DNA of 64,000 bases, from the NCBI GenBank assembly GCA_049510215.1, contig JBEKZD010000002.1, positions 30,167 through 94,166 on the forward strand. The letters run 5' to 3'. Source of the stretch: Verrucomicrobiia bacterium. Its GTDB lineage: Bacteria > Verrucomicrobiota > Verrucomicrobiia > Palsa-1439. The notes beneath the pieces were generated by a model. The model was not told the origin of the DNA. It ran no database searches and saw only the letters and a list, made by a program, of their open reading frames with translations. Made by a program: the position numbers and the translations under genes. Shown piece after piece: positions 57,441-64,000 of this stretch. Numbering within the stretch: the stretch's first letter is position 1; each line of letters begins with the position of its first letter.

Positions 57441-57916
57441 CGTTTCTTGCCCTCCATGAATGGTAATGGCGCTTTGTCGCGCCGGTATTTCCGCAAGGTC
57501 ACTTCCACCGTGTCGGCCAAGGTGTAATTGTCGAGGATGTTCGCGATGGCGTTGCGCACGTCCACCATCAGCATCCGCAGCCCACAATGCGCTTCGTCGG
57601 GGCAGGAGCATGGTTCGTAGGCGGTTACGCTTGCGCAGGAAATCGGCGCCAACGGTCCGTCGATCAACCGCACCACGTCGCCGATCTTGATCTTGTTCAT
57701 CGGCTTCTTGATGAAATAGCCGCCGTTCTTGCCGCGCTTGCTGTCGAGATAACGCGCCTTCTTCAGTTGCAGAAGGATTTGCTCCAGGAACTTGATCGGG
57801 ATGTCCTCTTTCCTCGCCAACTCGCTAATGCGCAGCAATGGCAGACCCACTTCCTGGGCGATACCGAGGTTGATCAACGACCGCAACGCGTACTCGCCTC
57901 GCTTGGATATCCGCAT
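57437..57916 (-). CDS. Rrf2 family transcriptional regulator with Cys cluster
   Basis: MRISKRGEYALRSLINLG...IPIKFLEQILLQLKKARYLDSKRGKNGGY and CASVTAYEPCSCPDEAHC. Confidence 0.9.
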   Translation of the reverse strand: MRISKRGEYALRSLINLGIAQEVGLPLLRISELARKEDIPIKFLEQILLQLKKARYLDSKRGKNGGYFIKKPMNKIKIGDVVRLIDGPLAPISCASVTAYEPCSCPDEAHCGLRMLMVDVRNAIANILDNYTLADTVEVTLRKYRRDKAPLPFMEGKKR

Positions 57917-57926
57917 GACGATCCAA

Positions 57927-57945
57927 GTCTACTATAGCAGTAGAC
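57927..57945. promoter_or_regulatory. Perfect 7-5-7 palindrome just upstream of the Rrf2 gene; candidate operator overlapping a TATAGT -10-like hexamer
   Basis: GTCTACT-ATAGC-AGTAGAC, 11 to 29 nt upstream of the Rrf2 ATG. Confidence 0.4.
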
Positions 57946-58000
57946 AATGGCAAGCGGTTTTTTGCTTGCGGCATCAAAAAATCAAGGATGAGAACCGTTG

Positions 58001-59827
58001 TCAGCCCCGGCTGATAACGAAGATCCCCAAATCGGCGTTCAAGTTCGGATCGTCAGTGACCTCGGTTCCGTTTTCAGTGTCGAGGGTGATGCGCCGGTGA
58101 ATGCTGATGTTCTTTTCGCGGCAGAACTCCTCAAAATCGATGATGCTCAGGAACCGGCGGTTCGGCGAGTTGTACCATTCGTAGCGCAGCAATCCCGCAC
58201 TCTTGGGCGACCGCCCATCCTCGGCCAGCATCCGCCGCAACTTGTGAAAGGCGAAGTTGGGAAAGCTGACGATGCCCAGCCGGCCGACACGCAACATGTC
58301 GTCAATCACCCGCGCGACATTTTCGACGGTCTGCAGCGTCTGCGAAAGCACAACGTAATCAAATTGCTTGTCCGCAAACGGCGTCAGGCCGGCATTGAGG
58401 TCCGCCTGAATCACATCAAGACCGCGCTGCACGCAGGCGATCACGGCCTGTTCGTCCAGTTCCACCCCGAGCACGCGGTGATGGTCCGTGCGCCGAACCC
58501 GCGCCAGCAGGCCGCCACGACCGCAGCCGAGATCCAACACGGTGGCCTGTTGCGGGATCAACTCCACGATCCGGTCGAAGTCGAGCCGTCGTGGATGAAA
58601 AATACTGGTCGGGCTTTGACGATGCAACTCTTCTTCGCCCTGGTCGGGCGCCGCCGTGCCGGTCAGGTTTCCAAGAAACGCGCGGACCAGTTCGCCGTAA
58701 CGAGGCAGATCATTAGGCAACAGAAAGGCGTCGTGGCCACAGTCGGTCTGCACGTCGCAGTAACTGACCGGCGCGTCGTTGGCAATGAGCGCGTTGACGA
58801 TATCGCGGGATTGGTCGGGCGGAAACAACCAGTCGCTGCTGAAGCTGACGATCAACCAGCGGGAGCGGGCGCGCCCGAGCCGGGCGGTCAACTCGGCTTC
58901 GGTATCGCCGAGGTCGAACAAATCCATCGCCGTCGAGAGCACCATGTAACTGTTGGCATCAAAGCGTTCGACAAACTTCGTTCCCTGGTAGCCGAGGTAC
59001 GAGCCGACCGAGAACATTTTCTCGAATTCGGTGGCGACATCGCGCGGTTGGAGCCGGTTGGTTCCGAACTTTTGTTTCATCGCCTCGCGCGAGAGATAGG
59101 TGATGTGCCCGATCATCCGCGCGATAGCCAGGCCAACCTCCGGCCCGTGTTTTTCCCCGTAGTACTGGCCACCATGGTAATGGGGATCGCGGCGGATGGC
59201 GTTGCGTCCGACAACGTCGAACGCCAGCGCCTGACTCGTCAATCGCGCCGAGGTGGCAAGCGCCACCACGCCGCGCACGCGCTCGGGAAACTGCGTCGCC
59301 CACGTCAGCGCCTGGTGCCCGCCCACCGATCCGCCGACCACCGCAAGCAGTGTGTCGATGCCGAGATGATCGAGAAGGCGGCGCTGCACTTCAACCATGT
59401 CGCCGACGGTGATCGTCGGGAAATCGCGACCGTACGGTTTGCCGGTGGCGGGATTGACGCTGCCGGGACCGGTCGTGCCGCGGCAGCCGCCGAGCAGGTT
59501 CGGGCAGATCACGAAGTACCGATTGGTGTCAATCGGTTTGCCCGGGCCGACAACGATGTCCCACCAACCGGGGTCATCGGCATCATTGTGCTTCGCGACG
59601 TGCGAGTCCCCGCTGATCGCGTGACCGATGAGCACGGCGTTGTCTTTTGCGGCGTTGAGTTGGCCGTAGGTCTCATAGACGACCGTCACCGACGGCAACT
59701 TGTCTCCGAGTTCCAGCTTCAGCGGCGTGTCAAACGTCACCGTCTGCGCGTGCTTCAACTGGCGAGCGCTGCGGACGCTGTCGCTGCTATCGAGGATGTT
59801 CTCGCCCATCGGTTTTCTCGGCGTCAA
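58001..59827 (-). CDS. metX: Homoserine O-acetyltransferase MetX fused to a MetW methyltransferase-fold domain
   Basis: N-terminal [28 protein letters not shown] and [11 protein letters not shown]-terminal [15 protein letters not shown]...[11 protein letters not shown]. Confidence 0.85.
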   Translation of the reverse strand: MTPRKPMGENILDSSDSVRSARQLKHAQTVTFDTPLKLELGDKLPSVTVVYETYGQLNAAKDNAVLIGHAISGDSHVAKHNDADDPGWWDIVVGPGKPIDTNRYFVICPNLLGGCRGTTGPGSVNPATGKPYGRDFPTITVGDMVEVQRRLLDHLGIDTLLAVVGGSVGGHQALTWATQFPERVRGVVALATSARLTSQALAFDVVGRNAIRRDPHYHGGQYYGEKHGPEVGLAIARMIGHITYLSREAMKQKFGTNRLQPRDVATEFEKMFSVGSYLGYQGTKFVERFDANSYMVLSTAMDLFDLGDTEAELTARLGRARSRWLIVSFSSDWLFPPDQSRDIVNALIANDAPVSYCDVQTDCGHDAFLLPNDLPRYGELVRAFLGNLTGTAAPDQGEEELHRQSPTSIFHPRRLDFDRIVELIPQQATVLDLGCGRGGLLARVRRTDHHRVLGVELDEQAVIACVQRGLDVIQADLNAGLTPFADKQFDYVVLSQTLQTVENVARVIDDMLRVGRLGIVSFPNFAFHKLRRMLAEDGRSPKSAGLLRYEWYNSPNRRFLSIIDFEEFCREKNISIHRRITLDTENGTEVTDDPNLNADLGIFVISRG

Positions 59828-61137
59828 GTTTGAGAGGCTTTCAACGCCTGGTCAAGATCGGCGATGATGTCGCGCACGTCCTCAATGCCGATCGACAACC
59901 GGACGTACTCCGGCGTCACGCCCGTTTGCTTCTGTTCCTCGGGCGTGAGTTGCGAATGCGTCGTAGAGGCGGGGTGAATGACCAGCGATTTCGCGTCACC
60001 GATGTTCGCCAAATGACTGAACAGTTTGACGTTGTTGATCAGTTTGATGCCGGCTTTCTGGCCGCCTTTGATGCCAAAACCAATGATCGCGCCCGCCCCA
60101 TCGGGCAGGTACTTACGGGCGCTGGCATGGTGCGGATGATCCGGCAGCCCCGGATAATTCACCCACTGGACGGCGGGATGCTTCTTGAGAAACTCCGCGA
60201 CCTTTTGCGCGTTCTCGCAGTGACGTTCCATGCGCAGGTGCAGAGTCTCCAGCCCGAGCAGGAACAGAAACGCTGCAAACGGACTCATGCAGGCGCCGGT
60301 GTCCCGCAACCAGTGCGTGCGAATGTGAAGGATGTAGGCGATGTTGCCGATCGGCTTGAGCGCCTCGGTGAACACGACGCCGTGATATGCCGGGTCGGGC
60401 GCGCAGAATTCCGGCCACTTCTTTGGGTTATCCGCCCACGAAAATCTGGCGCCATCCACAATCGCGCCGCCGATGTGCACGCCGTGGCCGCCGATGAACT
60501 TGGTGGTCGAATACACCACGATATCCATGCCGTGCTCAATGGGGCGGAGCAACGCCGGGGTCATCACCGTGTTGTCGATGATGGTCGGCAAACCGTGCCG
60601 GTGCGCGATGTCGGCGATCTTCTTGAAGTCCGGCACGTCGTTCTTCGGATTGCCGAGTGACTCCAGATAAACGCAGCGCGTGTTCTCGTCCGCCAGTTTA
60701 CTGATCTCCTCCGGTTTGTTCGGATCGAAAAACCGCACTTCGATGCCGAGTTTCGAGAAGGTCTGCGTAAACAGCGTCCATGTCCCGCCATACAGGCTGT
60801 TGGCGGAAATGAAGTTCTGCCCCGCATGCACGATCGTCAGGATTGCTGCCGTGATCGCCGCCTGCCCGCTGGCGAACGCCAGCCCCGCCGCGCCGCCATC
60901 CAACGCCGCCAACCGTTTCTCAAGCACGTCGTTGGTCGGATTCATCAAGCGGCTGTAGATGTTGCCGAATTCCTTGAGAGCAAAAAGATTCGCGGCGTGG
61001 TCCGTGTCGTGGAACACGAAGCTGGTCGTTGCGTAGATCGGCACCGCCCGCGCCGTGGTCGTCGGATCCGGCACCTGCCCGGCATGCAGGGCCAGCGTGC
61101 CGAGGTGATGACTTGGTTTGTTGTCTGACATTTCCAA
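59824..61137 (-). CDS. metY: O-acetylhomoserine aminocarboxypropyltransferase (sulfhydrylase)
   Basis: [26 protein letters not shown] and PLP-lysine block [13 protein letters not shown]. Confidence 0.9.
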   Translation of the reverse strand: MEMSDNKPSHHLGTLALHAGQVPDPTTTARAVPIYATTSFVFHDTDHAANLFALKEFGNIYSRLMNPTNDVLEKRLAALDGGAAGLAFASGQAAITAAILTIVHAGQNFISANSLYGGTWTLFTQTFSKLGIEVRFFDPNKPEEISKLADENTRCVYLESLGNPKNDVPDFKKIADIAHRHGLPTIIDNTVMTPALLRPIEHGMDIVVYSTTKFIGGHGVHIGGAIVDGARFSWADNPKKWPEFCAPDPAYHGVVFTEALKPIGNIAYILHIRTHWLRDTGACMSPFAAFLFLLGLETLHLRMERHCENAQKVAEFLKKHPAVQWVNYPGLPDHPHHASARKYLPDGAGAIIGFGIKGGQKAGIKLINNVKLFSHLANIGDAKSLVIHPASTTHSQLTPEEQKQTGVTPEYVRLSIGIEDVRDIIADLDQALKASQT

Positions 61138-61180
61138 TCTCCTTTTATTCTTAGTCGTCTTTACCAGATTTCGTTACTTT

Positions 61181-62137
61181 TTACACCCAATCTTGAAACA
61201 GCACGGTGGACAGATACCGTTCGCCTGCATCAGGCAGGACGGTGACAATGGTCTTGCCGGCGAACTCCGGCTGCTGCGCGAGCCGAACAGCCACCGCCGC
61301 CGCCGCGCCCGACGAGATACCGGCCAGGATGCCCTCCTCGCGGATCAATCGCCGCGTGAACGCCACCGCCTCGGCACTGTCCACCAGTTCAACGCGATCC
61401 ACAAGCGAGAGATCGAGCGTGTCGGGGATGAAGCCGGCTCCGATTCCCTGAATCTTGTGCGGACCGGGTTTGAGTTCCTGGCCTGCGAGCTTCTGCGTGA
61501 TAACCGGACTCTCCCTCGGCTCGACGGCGACCGAGCGGATTTTCTTTTTCTTGGTGTTCTTGATGTAGCGCGACACGCCGGTGATCGTTCCGCCCGTGCC
61601 GACACCGGACACGAGCACGTCAATCGCGCCGTCGGTTTGTTCCCAGATCTCCGGGCCGGTTGTCTTCTCGTGAATAGCAGGGTTCGCGGGATTCTTGAAC
61701 TGCTGGGGGATGAAGTACCGCGACGGGTCGGAGGCAGCGATTTCCTCCGCCTTGGCCACCGCGCCCTTCATTCCTTTCGCGCCCTCGGTCAGGATCAGTT
61801 CCGCGCCGAACGCCGCCAGCACGCGGCGACGCTCCAGGCTCATCGTTTCAGGCATCGTCAAGATCACCTTGTATCCGCGCGCCGCGCCGACAAAGGCCAG
61901 CGCGATACCGGTGTTGCCGCTCGTCGGCTCGACGATCGTCCCGCCGGGCTTGAGCAGTCCCTTTTCTTCGGCGTCCCAAATCATCGCGGTGCCAATGCGG
62001 CACTTGACGGAATAGGACGGATTGCGCCCCTCAATCTTGGCCAGGACGGTGGCCTTGGCCCCGTCGGTGACCCGGTTCAGTCGCACTAGCGGTGTTCGCC
62101 CGATGGACTGTGAATTGTCTTCAAAATACTTTGGCAT
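61181..62137 (-). CDS. cysK: Cysteine synthase A
   Basis: [35 protein letters not shown] and [13 protein letters not shown] at 62137 is preferred. Confidence 0.9.
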   Translation of the reverse strand: MPKYFEDNSQSIGRTPLVRLNRVTDGAKATVLAKIEGRNPSYSVKCRIGTAMIWDAEEKGLLKPGGTIVEPTSGNTGIALAFVGAARGYKVILTMPETMSLERRRVLAAFGAELILTEGAKGMKGAVAKAEEIAASDPSRYFIPQQFKNPANPAIHEKTTGPEIWEQTDGAIDVLVSGVGTGGTITGVSRYIKNTKKKKIRSVAVEPRESPVITQKLAGQELKPGPHKIQGIGAGFIPDTLDLSLVDRVELVDSAEAVAFTRRLIREEGILAGISSGAAAAVAVRLAQQPEFAGKTIVTVLPDAGERYLSTVLFQDWV

Positions 62138-62217
62138 GGTCAAATCTCCTTCCCGCGAGGGGGGAGGGATTGTCCTCCCCCCCTGCGAATTGATGTGGTT
62201 GTGCTTGATGACGATGG

Positions 62218-63195
62218 TTAGAACTCCCATTTCGTAGTGACGCCCCAGACGCCGTTGGCTTCGTGATTCAGCACTTTGCCGAAGTGTCCGTAGCCTGCCG
62301 CCAACGTTAGGTGGTTGTTCACCACGTACGCGGCGTCCAGCGTCCACCAGTCCCCTTCAGCCTGCACCAAACTGCCGATGGGTTTGTACTCGTTGGGCTG
62401 CTGCCGGTATTCGGCTGCCAGCGCGAAATTGCCGGTGACGAACACCACCACGTTGCCCTCGAACAGGAAGTCGTAGCGCGACGTAAACCCGCCGAGGCCG
62501 TTCCAGACGCCCGTGGTGGCGCGTCCGCCGAGTTCCACCAGAACCGGCCGTGGCAACTGGGTGAACAATTTGGAGGCGTACAGCGTGAAGTCCTCGCCGA
62601 CATCGTGGGCGATCCCGGCGCTGGTCAGCGCGCCGCCGAGATCGTTGTCAATCTGACGGATGCCGTCGTTGTACTTGAAGTGGGCGCCAAACGTCAGGGC
62701 CGGGATCCACTTTTGATCGAACTCGCCCTCCTTGAGCAATTGCAGCCGCGCATTGAAGTTGTGCAATTGGACTTCCTTGGGGTTGATGTTCACCGTGGTC
62801 GCGTTCTGGATCGCCTGCGGAAGGTCGCCCAACCCGAGGCGGTCCCAACCGTAGCCGAGTTCGAGCCGCTTCCACGGCGTTTCGGTCAATGTCAGCGCCT
62901 GCAGGTTCTGTCCGTGCCCGATATTGACGTAAGCGAAACCGACGCTCGGCCGGCCGACCGGCTCGCCGTCTCGCGGTGGGTTGACGAGATAGGCGGACAA
63001 CGTCGAGAAAATCCCGCCATTCCCTTCGATTTGATGCAACGGCAACGGCGGCCCTTTTTCCGACGGGGTGGCTTTTGCTGGCGCGGTATTTGTGGTTTCT
63101 TCCGCGTGCGCCGTGAGTTGACCGTTGAACAATAGCACGGCGGCGATTGCCACAACGAACAGCATACGATTCTGGATTTTACGGTTCTGGTTCAT
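62218..63195 (-). CDS. Outer-membrane beta-barrel (porin-like) protein, family not recognised
   Basis: Signal peptide [21 protein letters not shown], alternating beta pattern, and a terminal ...GVTTKWEF aromatic end. Confidence 0.6.
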   Translation of the reverse strand: MNQNRKIQNRMLFVVAIAAVLLFNGQLTAHAEETTNTAPAKATPSEKGPPLPLHQIEGNGGIFSTLSAYLVNPPRDGEPVGRPSVGFAYVNIGHGQNLQALTLTETPWKRLELGYGWDRLGLGDLPQAIQNATTVNINPKEVQLHNFNARLQLLKEGEFDQKWIPALTFGAHFKYNDGIRQIDNDLGGALTSAGIAHDVGEDFTLYASKLFTQLPRPVLVELGGRATTGVWNGLGGFTSRYDFLFEGNVVVFVTGNFALAAEYRQQPNEYKPIGSLVQAEGDWWTLDAAYVVNNHLTLAAGYGHFGKVLNHEANGVWGVTTKWEF

Positions 63196-63296
63196 GACAA
63201 TAACTGATCCTTTCCTGGCAACACTTCCAGTCGTCTGGTCAGTCTCGCAGTTTCGCTGTTTGTGGTTGGCCTCCATTTGTGTGGTCGGCGTCAAAT

Positions 63297-63491
63297 TCAT
63301 ATTTCCCAATCACTGTTCGCGTTCAGACGCAGTTTCTCGGTGCGCTCGATTTGCGTTACGCGGCCGTTATGCACGACAATCTGCACGACACCGTAGCGCA
63401 TGGACGCGACGTGGCGTTGGACGATGGCCAGCCAGTCCGGTTCGCGGCGTCGCGGTTCCCCGCTGCTATGTGCCTGCTTCTGTTCCATCAT
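63297..63491 (-). CDS. YezD-like (DUF2292) small protein
   Basis: MRYGVVQIVVHNGRVTQIERTEKLRL matches the YezD core as I remember it. Confidence 0.55.
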   Translation of the reverse strand: MMEQKQAHSSGEPRRREPDWLAIVQRHVASMRYGVVQIVVHNGRVTQIERTEKLRLNANSDWEI

Positions 63492-63575
63492 TGACTTCCA
63501 ATCAATACTACATTAGTCAACTTAGTCATGTAATTGTCCAATCTACAAGAATTCAAAGAAGTTGCAAGAACTATT

Positions 63576-63851
63576 TTAATCGACGAGACAGTAGCCCGGT
63601 TCACCTAGAACTGGCTGCGCGGCAGTTTGTTGCGTCGAATCCCTGCCGCCGGCCAACTGGTACAGAAGTCGGTCGCGCTTGCGCCGGGCCTCGTCGATCC
63701 GCTTGGTGCCGAGAGAAAAGCGGAGCCTTTGCTTGGTCAGAGGCGTTGGATGAACGGTGTAATGGACAAACCACGTCCCGTTGTTGTTCCAAAGGTGATG
63801 TCGCGGATTCGCGGGGTTCACCCGAACTGCTACTATTGTTGTCCGACTCAT
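63576..63851 (-). pseudogene. Possible N-terminal remnant of a tyrosine recombinase/integrase (91 codons, no catalytic domain)
   Basis: RVNPANPRHHLWNNNGTWFVHYTVHPTP...RLRFSLGTKRIDEARRKRDRLL resembles integrase arm-type N-termini. A stop follows after 91 codons and only about 80 nt remain before the next gene. Confidence 0.3.
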
Positions 63852-64000
63852 GACACGTAATTCCTTTCACGGTTACGCATCAGAGATGGGGAAAACGTCT
63901 CGCCGCCATCACTGAGCTGTTGTTTGCTCACTCTGGCGGCTGGCAGGCTCACCAGAATTTTGTTTCGGAAGCCTACGGCTCCCGCACATCGATCGCCGTC

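Overview
GC-rich bacterial chromosomal window. The gene content suggests a Verrucomicrobiota/Planctomycetota-type organism: a PEP-CTERM tail, an H-X9-DG/DUF1559 prepilin-like protein, autotransporter-associated beta-strand repeats and a TMTC-like TPR glycosyltransferase. This is inference; no search was run.

Gene order, left to right:
- A pectin-related secretome block: GH105 fragment, GH28 fusion protein, PKD-repeat protein, PEP-CTERM protein.
- Two membrane glycosyltransferase-like genes, zwf-opcA, and an outer-membrane channel.
- A ~2 kb lower-GC insert that reads as an integrase-less integron cassette array. It has three attC-like sites with RYYYAAC/GTTRRRY boxes and four orphan ORFs, one with an Rx4H HEPN-like motif. 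This is my best candidate for a novel system.
- alpha/beta hydrolase, trpD, an aminotransferase with a palindromic REP/MITE-like element embedded in frame, rplU-rpmA, gap, a decayed lipoprotein gene, and an alphaCTD/sigma-region-4/winged-helix fusion protein.
- lptF/G, acpS, pdxJ, glnD, then a copper/redox block (YceI, ECF sigma, DsbD-like, CopA, SodC), holA, DUF362, rhodanese, an oxidoreductase, and a TPR-CPBP protease fusion.
- eno-ftsB, an initiator-like tRNA-Met followed by a small-gene islet, and a DUF3300-DUF2950-lipoprotein operon.
- A long minus-strand sulfur block: YezD-like, OM barrel, cysK, metY, metX-metW fusion, Rrf2, ssuABC-like.

Several families of palindromic REP/MITE elements and heptanucleotide micro-repeats occupy the intergenic spacers. 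I saw no rRNA, CRISPR array, intact transposase or intact integrase.

All functional calls rest on motif recognition by eye. Start codons are best guesses. Many long ORFs in the supplied track are antisense shadows of real genes in GC-rich DNA and were discarded.
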